Source: an uncultured bacterium
Lineage (GTDB): Bacteria; Oederibacteriota; JAAXVQ01; JAUVAV01
Assembly (NCBI GenBank): GCA_963710755.1
Contig: CAVQBK010000013.1
Span: 384,001-448,000 of the forward strand
Length of the DNA: 64,000 nucleotides
Direction: 5' to 3'
A program made the translations under genes and the position numbers. Below are positions 1-10,423 of this stretch, piece by piece. The notes below the pieces were generated by a model that worked only from the letters and a program-made list of their open reading frames with translations, did not search any database and was not told where the DNA came from. Position 1 is the first letter of the stretch. Each line of letters opens with the position of its first letter.

Positions 1-932
1 CAAAACCAGGCGGACAAGGAAAATAGATTCTTCAGGGAAAGGTTGTCCTGCCCCCAAAATTCAGGACTGAAGGTAAAATCAAGGGCCATATTGATCCGGA
101 ATAATTTGAATTTCAAGCCCAGGCCGGCAGCACCATAAGCAGCCATGGTTTCCGTGGCCAGCTTCATGCCCAGACGGAGTACGATTTTCTTATCCATGGT
201 CAGTTCAGTGCCTAAATGCACTGATCCGATCTGGTCGGGCGTCAGATAACGGGTCTCCAAAGCTGCTTGCCAATCCATCTTGTCTTGCTGGTAAAGCAAT
301 ATATGCACCCCTGCAGCCAAGGTCAAGGGCAGCGGATCAGCGGCTTGGTTCCATTCAATCGGCGGACCGATATTTAAAATAGCCAAAGCCAGGCGCCAAT
401 GGTCGTCCAGCTGGTACTGCGCCCCCAAGTCAAAGGCCAAATCAGAGGCATTAACCGGCCCCAGCGTAAATAAAAGACTTTTACCTTGAACACCAATGGA
501 CAATTGTGGAGTCACCGGGATGCCCACCGCCAAACCCATCACGATATCATTAATATTCACGGGAGCATCGCTGGCCCCTTCATTATTAATAGCCGGGGCG
601 CTGCGGTAAAGCAACTGTAGCCCGACCGTACCCAACTCCGGCACGGGCACCGCCGCCACCAAAATTTCCGTAGCCATGGATTCAATGCCCGCCACATGGG
701 TGGCAATAATCTCATTATGCTCTTGCCAGGATAAGCCGGCTGGGTTGGCCATCAGCACATCAGCGCTCTTCTGCCAGGCGATGCCAGTACCGCCCAAGGC
801 CGTAAAACGGCTGCTTAAATCCTGGAGCAAAATGCCCGCACCACTGGTGCCGGTCTGAGCCATCACGGGCAGGCAGCTTCCCAGGAGGCCCAAGCCCAGA
901 ATGATTAGGAAATTAATTTTTCGATTGTTCAC
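1..932 (-). CDS. PorV/PorQ-family outer-membrane beta-barrel protein (310 aa; the stop codon is probably split by the window edge)
   Basis: Absent from the ORF track and translated by hand. GTG at 932 follows a GAGGTG RBS. Sequence: signal peptide MNNRKINFLIILGLGLLGSCLPVMA, then GTSGAGILLQDLSSRFTALGG...NPAGL, AFDLGAQY, NIGP...DPLPLTLAAG. It ends in SAWF followed by TG at the edge, with a C-terminal Phe typical of OM barrels. Confidence 0.8.
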   Translation of the reverse strand, partial: MNNRKINFLIILGLGLLGSCLPVMAQTGTSGAGILLQDLSSRFTALGGTGIAWQKSADVLMANPAGLSWQEHNEIIATHVAGIESMATEILVAAVPVPELGTVGLQLLYRSAPAINNEGASDAPVNINDIVMGLAVGIPVTPQLSIGVQGKSLLFTLGPVNASDLAFDLGAQYQLDDHWRLALAILNIGPPIEWNQAADPLPLTLAAGVHILLYQQDKMDWQAALETRYLTPDQIGSVHLGTELTMDKKIVLRLGMKLATETMAAYGAAGLGLKFKLFRINMALDFTFSPEFWGQDNLSLKNLFSLSAWF

Positions 933-1120
933 TATGTCACCTCAGGAAGACCTGTTGATACGAGTTGTATTTTACCAAATAACAGCAATTTTTCATCAAT
1001 TGTTTTCACACGACGTTAACGGCCGATAGGGATTGGACTGGAAAATTTTCATTACTAATGGACACCTATGGGAAGATCAGCTTTTTGCTAATAAATAGCC
1101 CGTTTTTTTTAAAAAAATGG

Positions 1121-1148
1121 TTGCCTTTCAAATCTTAATGACTATAAT
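1121..1148 (+). promoter_or_regulatory. Putative sigma70 promoter of fba
   Basis: TTGCCT-16 nt-TATAAT upstream of the fba RBS. Confidence 0.5.
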
Positions 1149-1150
1149 AA

Positions 1151-2140
<990 letters not shown>

Positions 2141-2173
2141 GGCAAGGTTCCGATTGCCACAGCGTAAGTAATC

Positions 2174-2215
2174 CCACCGGGCGCAGGTGCACAAGATCTT
2201 TTCTGCGCCCGGTGG
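2174..2215. terminator. GC-rich stem-loop downstream of fba (possible terminator or mRNA-stabilising hairpin)
   Basis: 13-bp perfect stem CCACCGGGCGCAG/CTGCGCCCGGTGG; no clear U-tract. Confidence 0.4.
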
Positions 2216-2459
2216 TGACTTGAAAGGTAAAAAAATAGATTGGCCCCGCCCTGGCCGCGGTCATATTGCAGCCGCGGGGTAATGAGATAACAAGACAGCA
2301 ATTTTTCATTTCCAACGTTTTCCCAACGTCCAAATCGACTTACCCCCGCAAAGTCGGCCGGGCTTGGTGCCGTTCCCGGTGCAGGCTTGGCAATAACGAT
2401 TGCCGTCTCTTTTGGCTGGTCTCGATTTTTCAATTTTAATAAAACACAGGTGAACACTC

Positions 2460-4637
2460 ATGGGACAATTACTGGATAAATTCAAAACCCTCAAACAAGA
2501 ACTGCTCAAGACCCATCATGTAGGTGAAGAAAATAAAATCATCATTCAGGTGGGTTCGGCCACTTGTGAAAATGCAGCTGGTGCGCAGGAGGTTCGACAG
2601 GAATTTGAAAAACTGATCTCCGCTTCCGGCCGCGAGGATATTCTGATCAAGCAAACCGGATGTACGGGCCGGTGCTCACGGGAACCCATTGTAGGTGTCT
2701 ATTTCCCCAATCAATTTCCCCTGAAATATGAAAAGGTCTCTCTGCCCAAAGTCAATGACATCTTTCAACAGCACGTGCTGGGCGGCCAGCCGGTGGTCTC
2801 GCTGATCCTGGACAAAAAAACCAGTCAAATGTATTCCCGAGTGGTGACCTTTGCCTCGCTCTCTACGGTCAGCACAGCTTCGGCTGAAAAATGGTCCAAA
2901 CTTTTTCAGGAACGACTTCAAGCTAAAAACTTGCCTCAAGGCTCGGTGCGCAGTTTTACCGGTGGCTGTCTGGGACTTTATCCCGCCGGCGAGGAAGGCA
3001 ACAAAGTGGGCATGCTGGTCTTCCCCGAAAAAGTGGTCTATGAGGTGGAAAACGTCGAGGAACTGGACCAGATCATCGACTCCCAGTTCGTCAATAGCAA
3101 AGTTTATGAACCCCACTTGGCCACTATCGACCCCATGATCAAACGCTTCTTTACCCTCTACGGCGATGTGGCTTTTTTCAATAAACAAACCCGACTGACC
3201 TTGCGCAACAGCGGCATCATTGATCCCGAGTCGCTTAAAGATTACCTGGCCAACGACGGCTTTGAAGCCTTGGCTCGCGTGCTCGATGAAAAGCAGCCGC
3301 AAAAAATCATCGATGCTGTCAAGGCGGCCGGCTTGCGCGGCCGTGGCGGCGGCGGCTTTCCCACCGGTACCAAATGGCAGATGATGGTGGACAACCCGGA
3401 CCCTATTAAATATGTTGTCTGCAATGCCGACGAAGGCGATCCGGGAGCTTACATGGACCGCAGCACTTTGGAAGGCGATCCCTTCAGCGTGATCCACGGC
3501 ATGGCTATTGGTGCTTATGGTATGGGCGCACACAAAGGTTATATTTATGTGCGGGCCGAATACCCCTTGGCCATTAAACGGCTGGAAATCGCCATTGACC
3601 AATGCCGGGAAGCAGGCCTCCTGGGCGATAACATCTTGGGCTCGGATTTCAGTTTCGACTTGGAAATCCGCCTGGGTGCGGGCGCCTTTGTATGCGGTGA
3701 AGAAACAGCACTCATGCTTTCCATCACCGGCCGGCGCGGCCAACCTCAAATCCGGCCGCCCTACCCAACGGAAAAAGGGCTGTGGGGTCATCCTACCGTC
3801 ATTAACAACGTGGAAACCTGGGCCAATATCCCGGTGATCATCCGCCACGGCGCCGATTGGTTTGCCCGTATCGGAACGGAAAAAAGCAAAGGCACCAAGG
3901 TGTTCGCCCTGGCCGGCAAGATTAAAAACTCCGGTCTGGTGGAAGTACCCATGGGCACTACCTTGCGTGAGATCATCTACGATATCGGCGGCGGGGTGGA
4001 AGACGGCCGTACACTCAAAGCCATCCAGACGGGCGGACCTTCGGGCGGCTGTATTCCTGCTTCTCTGGTGGACACGCCGGTTGATTATGATTCCCTCTCG
4101 CAAGCCGGATCCATCATGGGTTCCGGCGGCATGATCGTGCTTGACGACGAAGATTGCATGGTGGCCACTTCCAAATTCTTCCTCGAATTCACCCAGGAAG
4201 AATCATGCGGCAAATGCGTGCCCTGCCGGGAAGGAACCCTGCGCATGTTGGAAATCCTGGAACGCATTACCGAAGGTAACGGCACCCTGGAAGATTTGGA
4301 TAAATTGGAACGTTTGGGCAACATGATCAAAAAGACCTCGCTGTGCGGCCTGGGTCAGACCGCGCCCAATCCCGTGCTGAGCGCCCTTAATAATTTCCGT
4401 GATGAATTCGTGCAGCACGTGACGGAAAAGCGTTGTCCCACCCGCAAATGCGCCCAACTGATCCGCTATGAAATTGATCCGGAAAAATGCACCGGCTGTA
4501 CACTCTGCGCCCGTCGCTGTCCGGTTAATTGCATTGAAGGTCAGCCTCGGCAGGCCCATAGGATTATTCAGGAAAAATGTATTAAATGCGGCAACTGCTT
4601 TACGGTGTGCAAATTTGATGCGGTGCTGAAAAAGTAG
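2460..4637 (+). CDS. hydB: [FeFe]-hydrogenase diaphorase subunit (NuoF/HydB/HndC-like) with an extra N-terminal thioredoxin-like Fe-S domain
   Basis: [61 protein letters not shown], and two C-terminal CxxCxxCxxxC ferredoxin motifs. Confidence 0.92.
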   Translation: MGQLLDKFKTLKQELLKTHHVGEENKIIIQVGSATCENAAGAQEVRQEFEKLISASGREDILIKQTGCTGRCSREPIVGVYFPNQFPLKYEKVSLPKVNDIFQQHVLGGQPVVSLILDKKTSQMYSRVVTFASLSTVSTASAEKWSKLFQERLQAKNLPQGSVRSFTGGCLGLYPAGEEGNKVGMLVFPEKVVYEVENVEELDQIIDSQFVNSKVYEPHLATIDPMIKRFFTLYGDVAFFNKQTRLTLRNSGIIDPESLKDYLANDGFEALARVLDEKQPQKIIDAVKAAGLRGRGGGGFPTGTKWQMMVDNPDPIKYVVCNADEGDPGAYMDRSTLEGDPFSVIHGMAIGAYGMGAHKGYIYVRAEYPLAIKRLEIAIDQCREAGLLGDNILGSDFSFDLEIRLGAGAFVCGEETALMLSITGRRGQPQIRPPYPTEKGLWGHPTVINNVETWANIPVIIRHGADWFARIGTEKSKGTKVFALAGKIKNSGLVEVPMGTTLREIIYDIGGGVEDGRTLKAIQTGGPSGGCIPASLVDTPVDYDSLSQAGSIMGSGGMIVLDDEDCMVATSKFFLEFTQEESCGKCVPCREGTLRMLEILERITEGNGTLEDLDKLERLGNMIKKTSLCGLGQTAPNPVLSALNNFRDEFVQHVTEKRCPTRKCAQLIRYEIDPEKCTGCTLCARRCPVNCIEGQPRQAHRIIQEKCIKCGNCFTVCKFDAVLKK

Positions 4638-4755
4638 GGGGTTGACATGTTGAACCCCTATTTGAATATACATTATACAAAAAGGACGCCGTCGGCAGCT
4701 TTGGCGAGTTGAATTATTGCTGACGCAGATTTTTTAAAAAGGACGTGAAGCCATC

Positions 4756-6513
4756 ATGAAACAAGTGACTTTAACTATTGATGATTCGATCATAACGGTG
4801 CCGGAGAAAACCACTATCATGCAGGCGGCTCAAACCATTGGTATTCATATTCCCCGTTTGTGTTATCATCCTGATTTGTCCATGGAAGGCGCCTGCCGTA
4901 TTTGTATCGTCGATGTGGAAGGATCGAGAACCTTTCAGACGTCTTGCTCCACCGAGGTGCGTGAAGGCATGAAGATCAAAACCAATTCTCCTGAGATCCG
5001 GCAAGCACGCCGTGATTTGGTGGAGCTGATTCTGGACAACCATCCCAAAGAATGCCAGACCTGCGAACGTGATGGGCAATGCGAATTGCAGGATCTGGCC
5101 TATGCTATGGGTGTGCGGGAACGGCTGTTCGAAGGCAAACGCAAGCGTTTCGAAAAGGATGACTCCAGCCTGTCCGTGGTGCGTGATTCGGAGAAATGCA
5201 TCCTCTGCCGTCGTTGCGTACGGGTCTGCAGTGAAATCCAGAGCGTCCACAATCTCCAACAGATGCATCGCGGCGTTAAAACCCTGGTAACCCCTGCTTA
5301 TGAAGCGGACATGAAGGATTCGGTCTGTATCAATTGCGGCCAATGTATTAATGTCTGTCCCACGGCCGCGTTTTTAGAAAAACGGGAGACGGACAACGTG
5401 TGGGCAGCCCTGGCTGATCCCAGCAAACATGTGGTGGTGCACATCGCGCCCTCCATTCGTGCGGCCATTGGTGAAGGGTTCGGCCTAGCGCCGGGAACAC
5501 CGGCCACCAAACAAACCGTGACCGCCCTGAGGCGTCTTGGGTTTGACCAGGTCTTTGATACTAATTTTGGAGCAGACCTGACTATTTTAGAAGAAGCGCA
5601 CGAATTTGCCCTGCGGCTTAAGGCTAATACCAAGCTGCCCCTGCTAACCTCCTGCTCGCCGGGATGGATTAAATTTCTGGAACATTTTTATCCTGAACTC
5701 ATTCCCAACGCCTCTTCCTGCAAGTCCCCCATGAGCATGCTTTCGGTCCTGCTCAAGACCTTTTACGCGGAAAAAAACAACCTCAAACCGGAAGATATTT
5801 ATGTGGTGGCCATCATGCCTTGCACGGCCAAAAAATACGAAGCCCAACGGCCGGAGCATCAAATGACCGAAAGCCTGCCCTATACAGATGCAGTGCTGAC
5901 CACCCGTGAGCTGGTGTGGATGATCAAGGCCTATGGCATTGACTTTACCCAACTGCCGGAAGAGGACTTTGACAATCCCCTGGGCTTTTCCTCCGGCGCG
6001 GCTGACATCTTCGGCACCACCGGCGGGGTTATGGAAGCTGCCTTGCGTACCGCCGCAGAGAAACTGACCGGCAAGCCGCTGACCCACCTCGATTTCAAAG
6101 AAGTGCGGGCTGTGGAAGGCCTGAAGGAAGCTTCCTTGGAAGTGGGCGGCACCACCCTGAACGTGGCCGTAGCCAACGGTCTGGGCAACGCCAAGAAAAT
6201 CCTGGACAAGGTCAAGAGTGGAGAAAAGCAATACCATCTTATCGAGATCATGGCCTGTCCCGGCGGCTGCATCGGCGGCGGCGGCCAGCCCTATCCGCCG
6301 GAAGGTCACTATGTATTGGATAAAGAGATTATTAAATTGCGCGCCCAGGCCCTGTACACCATTGACGAGAAGAAGCAGGTGCGTAAGTCTCATGAAAATC
6401 CCTATATCAAAGAACTGTACACCAACTTTTTAGGAGAACCGGGAGGAGAAAAGGCCCATCGTCTGCTTCATACCACCTATGCCCCCCGAGAACCGAGAGG
6501 TATCAACCAATGA
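4756..6513 (+). CDS. hydA: [FeFe]-hydrogenase catalytic subunit, group A3 type
   Basis: H-cluster motifs TSCSPGW, MPCTAKKYE and EIMACPGGCIGGGGQP; N-terminal 2Fe-2S, HxxxCxxC and two 4Fe-4S motifs. Confidence 0.95.
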   Translation: MKQVTLTIDDSIITVPEKTTIMQAAQTIGIHIPRLCYHPDLSMEGACRICIVDVEGSRTFQTSCSTEVREGMKIKTNSPEIRQARRDLVELILDNHPKECQTCERDGQCELQDLAYAMGVRERLFEGKRKRFEKDDSSLSVVRDSEKCILCRRCVRVCSEIQSVHNLQQMHRGVKTLVTPAYEADMKDSVCINCGQCINVCPTAAFLEKRETDNVWAALADPSKHVVVHIAPSIRAAIGEGFGLAPGTPATKQTVTALRRLGFDQVFDTNFGADLTILEEAHEFALRLKANTKLPLLTSCSPGWIKFLEHFYPELIPNASSCKSPMSMLSVLLKTFYAEKNNLKPEDIYVVAIMPCTAKKYEAQRPEHQMTESLPYTDAVLTTRELVWMIKAYGIDFTQLPEEDFDNPLGFSSGAADIFGTTGGVMEAALRTAAEKLTGKPLTHLDFKEVRAVEGLKEASLEVGGTTLNVAVANGLGNAKKILDKVKSGEKQYHLIEIMACPGGCIGGGGQPYPPEGHYVLDKEIIKLRAQALYTIDEKKQVRKSHENPYIKELYTNFLGEPGGEKAHRLLHTTYAPREPRGINQ

Positions 6514-7007
6514 GCAACCAATTGAAGAGCACCCTGGATCAATCTATTCTGGATTTTATTGACGAATGTTTGCAGCGGGAACATCCCCGCAGCTACTTGA
6601 TCTCCATTTTAAGCAAAATTCAGGAAAAGTACGGTTATCTTTCGCAGGAGCATATGAACGAGGTGGCTTATACCATGAACATCGCCACTTCCCGGGTTTA
6701 CGGGGTGGCCACCTTTTATCATTTTTTCAGGCTCACGCCGCAGGGCAAACACAAGATCTCCGTCTGCATGGGCACGGCTTGCTTTGTCAAAGGTTCGGAC
6801 CGCATTCTGGAGGCGTTCCGAAGTGAGCTGGGTATTGATTTTGGCGAGACCACTAAGGATGGCTTGTTCTCCCTGGATAACACGCGTTGTTTAGGCGTCT
6901 GTGGATTGGCTCCCGTGGTGACCATCAATGACAAGGTCTATGGTCATGTCACTCCGCAACAAGTACCCGATCTTATCAATAAAACCCTGGTGGAAGAATC
7001 TAAATAA
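6510..7007 (+). CDS. hydC: [FeFe]-hydrogenase 2Fe-2S subunit (NuoE/HydC/HndA-like)
   Basis: GVATFYHFF, VCMGTACFVKG, RCLGVCGLAP; 4-nt ATGA overlap with hydA. Confidence 0.92.
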   Translation: MSNQLKSTLDQSILDFIDECLQREHPRSYLISILSKIQEKYGYLSQEHMNEVAYTMNIATSRVYGVATFYHFFRLTPQGKHKISVCMGTACFVKGSDRILEAFRSELGIDFGETTKDGLFSLDNTRCLGVCGLAPVVTINDKVYGHVTPQQVPDLINKTLVEESK

Positions 7008-7059
7008 CCCCAAACGACACCCGTCATTGATTTCAAAGGCAATAGCGTGATAAAAATGG

Positions 7060-7091
7060 TTGTAGGGAACGGTCGCGACCGTTCCCTACAA
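7060..7091. repeat. REP-like perfect palindrome (GTAG family)
   Basis: TTGTAGGGAACGGTCGCGACCGTTCCCTACAA is self-complementary; related copies at 23234 and 60454. Confidence 0.85.
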
Positions 7092-7163
7092 AAGCAGATC
7101 ATAGGAATCTGTTAGCCAAGCAGTTAGGGCACGATAGTTTATTGCCAACCCTCTGGTTGGAAG

Positions 7164-7706
7164 TTACAAATCCCGCAGCCTGGGCCACTGTTGATCCTTA
7201 GGTGAAACCTGATACGGCCCCTCCAACTTGGGCCAGGTAATAGCAAGATCCGGATCATTCCAGCACAGACCAGCCTCAGCTTGCGGCGCATAGAACGCAC
7301 TCACCTTGTAGAGTACACCCGTCATATCGCTTAGAGCGCAAAACCCATGGGCAAAACCCTCGGGAACAAATAACTGAAGATGATTGTGCTCCGACAATTC
7401 CACCCCCAGCCATTGCCCGTAAGCGGGCGACTCTTTACGGATGTCCACCACGACATCATAAATGGCACCCCTGGCAACCCGCACCAGTTTAGCCTGGCCA
7501 TACGGCGGTGTTTGAAAATGCAGACCTCTGATGGTACCCCGCTGGGATTGACTGTAATTGTCCTGAACAAAGGGGATCGTCACACCGGCCTGACTGAATT
7601 TCTCTTGATGATAGCTCTCCATAAAAAAGCCGCGCTCATCTTGAAAAACATCAGGACTGATCAGTAGTACGCCTGCCAGGCTCTGAGGGGTTACGATCAT
7701 GGTCAC
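7164..7706 (-). CDS. rfbC: dTDP-4-dehydrorhamnose 3,5-epimerase
   Basis: DERGFFMES, FVQDN, RGLHFQ, QAKLVRV, DVVVDIR, VPEGFAHGF, WNDPDLAITWP. Confidence 0.95.
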   Translation of the reverse strand: MTMIVTPQSLAGVLLISPDVFQDERGFFMESYHQEKFSQAGVTIPFVQDNYSQSQRGTIRGLHFQTPPYGQAKLVRVARGAIYDVVVDIRKESPAYGQWLGVELSEHNHLQLFVPEGFAHGFCALSDMTGVLYKVSAFYAPQAEAGLCWNDPDLAITWPKLEGPYQVSPKDQQWPRLRDL

Positions 7707-8026
7707 GCCTCCTCACTGGCGGTTATCGCTTCATGCCAGTTTTCTTCCAAAGCTTCCAGAAACTCCAACCCGAAAAAATAGCTGTCCCCTTCCGTTTCCA
7801 CCCATACTACCCGGCCCTTACCTTCCCAGATCTGTTGCCGGCCGGGCTGGTAAAAGGCCAAGGATACCAGTTGTCCCTGGACCGGCCGGTGATCGCTTTG
7901 AATCATAGCCCCACCGGCGGACATGTTTTGCACTACGCCAAAAAAATCCACTTCCTCTTGCTGGCCCCGTTTTTTATCAGCAATCAAATAACATTCGTAT
8001 CGGGGATGTTGCCTGCGTTCTTCCAT
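7703..8026 (-). CDS. Single-domain PilZ protein (c-di-GMP receptor)
   Basis: ERRQHPR (RxxxR) and NMSAGG ([DN]xSxxG) motifs; GRVVW...GLEF. Confidence 0.85.
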   Translation of the reverse strand: MEERRQHPRYECYLIADKKRGQQEEVDFFGVVQNMSAGGAMIQSDHRPVQGQLVSLAFYQPGRQQIWEGKGRVVWVETEGDSYFFGLEFLEALEENWHEAITASEEA

Positions 8027-8348
8027 GATCCCTCCACGGTGCTAAGGTTATACGTGGCTGCGCTCCAGAACATTTGCACGCAGATAACCATCGCAAATAA
8101 AAACAACCATCAACAGCAGTCTTTTTTAACCATTGTTGCTACAAGTTTCGATAAAAGGTTATCTTGACTTTATGCACTCCTCAAACAGCCATTCAGCCTG
8201 GCTATTGGTCATTTTAGCATAACCCCAAACAACATCTTGATTTTTTTTGAGGCCCGAGGGCGCCTATGTTATACTGGCCCAATCCATCCCCGCGTATAGG
8301 CGCCAGGCCGGTCGATGAGGTTGTTGGGACCAATGCTCAAGGAGGCTG

Positions 8349-8963
8349 ATGTTGAATTTTGTTTGGCTCTTACTCATTGTGCTTGCTGTGATTACCGGAG
8401 GACTTACCCATCATATGGCCGATGTTTCCACTGCGGCTTTCACCAGTGCCAAGAGCGCTGTGGAACTTGCCATTGGCCTGATCGGTGTTATGGCCTTGTT
8501 TTTAGGATTAATGAAAATTGCCGAAGCCGCCGGCTTGGTGCAAGCTTTAGCCAGAGCCATGCGTCCGCTTTTTAAATGGCTCTTTCCCGGTGTGCCGGAT
8601 GATCACCCAGCCCTGGGCGCCATCGCCATGAATATGGGCGCCAACATGCTGGGCTTGGGAGATGCGGCCACGCCCATGGGCCTTAAAGCCATGCAGGAAC
8701 TGCAGGAGGTCAATCAGGACAAGGCTTCCGCCAGTGACGCCATGGTCACTTTCCTGGCGCTCAACTCCAGTTCGATTCAGCTCATCCCCGCCATGATGAT
8801 CGGATTGCGGGCCAGTGCCGGCTCTACCCATCCTTCGGAAATTATTCTGGCCACCTTGGTGGCCACCACCTGCTCCACCGTGGTGGCCGTGGCTGCAGCC
8901 AAAACTTTCTCCAAACTACCTTATTTCAAACGGCAACGCCAGGAGGTGGCGGCCAATGATTAA
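8349..8963 (+). CDS. spmA: SpmA/YjiH-like membrane protein (nucleoside-recognition Gate domain)
   Basis: MLNFVW start, GLMKIAE, ANMLGLGDAATPMGLKAMQEL, FLALNSSSIQLIP. Confidence 0.88.
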   Translation: MLNFVWLLLIVLAVITGGLTHHMADVSTAAFTSAKSAVELAIGLIGVMALFLGLMKIAEAAGLVQALARAMRPLFKWLFPGVPDDHPALGAIAMNMGANMLGLGDAATPMGLKAMQELQEVNQDKASASDAMVTFLALNSSSIQLIPAMMIGLRASAGSTHPSEIILATLVATTCSTVVAVAAAKTFSKLPYFKRQRQEVAAND

Positions 8964-9495
8964 AACCCTTTTTATTGAAGCCGGCCATTGGATCGTGCCT
9001 TTGTTAATCCTGGTTATTCCGGGGTATGCCTATTTTTTTAAAAAGGTCAATATCTATGCGGTTTTCGTGGAAGGGGCCAAGGAAGGTTTTTGGATTGGTG
9101 TAAAAATCATTCCGTACCTGGTAGCCATTTTGGTGGCTATTGGCATGTTTCGCGCCAGCGGCGCCATGCATCTGCTGGCTGCTCTGCTGGCACCGGTCAC
9201 TTCCTGGACAGGTTTTCCTGCTGAAGCCCTGCCGGTGGCCTTGCTGCGGCCGCTCTCAGGTTCAGGGACGTTGGGCCTGATTTCCAATATTTTTCAAGTT
9301 CATGGGCCTGATTCCTTCATCGGCCGTTTGGTCAGTGTTATGGAAGGCAGTACGGAAACCACCTTCTATGTGCTGGCCATTTATTTTGGATCCATTAGCA
9401 TTCGTCAAACCCGCCATGCTCTGCCTGCAGCTTTGCTGGGCGATGCTGCCGGTCTGACCGCGGCCTTTATCATTTGCCGCTTTTTATTCGGCTGA
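8956..9495 (+). CDS. spmB: SpmB/YjiG-like membrane protein
   Basis: ATG at 8956 after AGGAGG; FVEGAKEG, IPYLVAILVAIGMFRASGA, LRPLSGSG, GSTETTFYVLAIYFGS. Confidence 0.88.
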   Translation: MIKTLFIEAGHWIVPLLILVIPGYAYFFKKVNIYAVFVEGAKEGFWIGVKIIPYLVAILVAIGMFRASGAMHLLAALLAPVTSWTGFPAEALPVALLRPLSGSGTLGLISNIFQVHGPDSFIGRLVSVMEGSTETTFYVLAIYFGSISIRQTRHALPAALLGDAAGLTAAFIICRFLFG

Positions 9496-10415
9496 TGCGC
9501 TGGCTTACGCCTCCCCCGCTGGCCGTTGGCGATCAAGTAGCCCTCATTTCCCCTGCCTCCCCGGTTAAGGATGATAAGGCCCTGGAACGGGCCGCGCGCC
9601 ATTTGAAAAGTCTTGGCCTTAAAGTGCAGCTGGGCCGGCATGCCCGCAGCCGGCATTTTTATTTGGCCGGCAATGATGAGCAGCGTCGGACCGATTTTAT
9701 GGAAGCTCTGCAAAACCCAGCCATTCGGGGCCTAATTTGCAGCCGCGGCGGCTACGGTACCAGCCGCCTTTTAGCAGGATTCGATACTTCCCTGCTGCGC
9801 CGCTATCCGAAATTGCTGATGGGCTATTCCGATATCACGCAACTGCACCTGGCCTATGAACAACAAAAAGTCCATTCTTACTGGGGTCCCATGCCTGCCA
9901 GCCAGACCGGATTTTCCACTTATTCCAAAACCTGGTTTAAAACCTTGTGCATGGACGCATCGGCAGCTGTACCCATGCCCTTGTTTATTGCAGGGGATCG
10001 CATTGAAGTGCTGCTGCCAGGCCAGGCTCAGGGACGGTTAAGCGGTGGCACCCTGACATTGCTGGCCGCCAGCCTGGGAACGGCTGCTGAGTTCCATAGT
10101 CGCGGTAAACTGGTCTTTCTGGAGGACATCGATGAGCCCCCGTATAAATTGGACCGCATGCTGACCCAATTGCTTCTGGCCGGAAAACTCAAAGATGCCA
10201 AAGGCTTTGTACTCGGTCAGTTTCATTATAGTTCGGACACCCCTGACCGAGACCGGTCCGGCGCCCGAAGAGTACTCTTGGAACGGTTGGGGCCGTTAGG
10301 CCTGCCCATCGTGGCTCACTGTCCCCTGGGCCATGGCCAACGTCAGTTGGTGCTTCCTTACGGCCGTCAGGCCCGCCTGGATACGAAAATCAAGCAATTG
10401 TTTCTTTTGCCATGA
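9495..10415 (+). CDS. ldcA: LD-carboxypeptidase (peptidase S66, LdcA/MccF family)
   Basis: RGGYG, GYSDIT (catalytic Ser), FLEDIDE (Glu), PLGH (His); TGATG coupling to spmB. Confidence 0.88.
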   Translation: MRWLTPPPLAVGDQVALISPASPVKDDKALERAARHLKSLGLKVQLGRHARSRHFYLAGNDEQRRTDFMEALQNPAIRGLICSRGGYGTSRLLAGFDTSLLRRYPKLLMGYSDITQLHLAYEQQKVHSYWGPMPASQTGFSTYSKTWFKTLCMDASAAVPMPLFIAGDRIEVLLPGQAQGRLSGGTLTLLAASLGTAAEFHSRGKLVFLEDIDEPPYKLDRMLTQLLLAGKLKDAKGFVLGQFHYSSDTPDRDRSGARRVLLERLGPLGLPIVAHCPLGHGQRQLVLPYGRQARLDTKIKQLFLLP

Positions 10416-10423
10416 ACGGCCGG

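Noticed and set aside
8349-9495. Evidence for sporulation from spmAB
   Set aside because: SpmAB homologues are widespread in non-sporulating bacteria, and no other sporulation genes are in the window.
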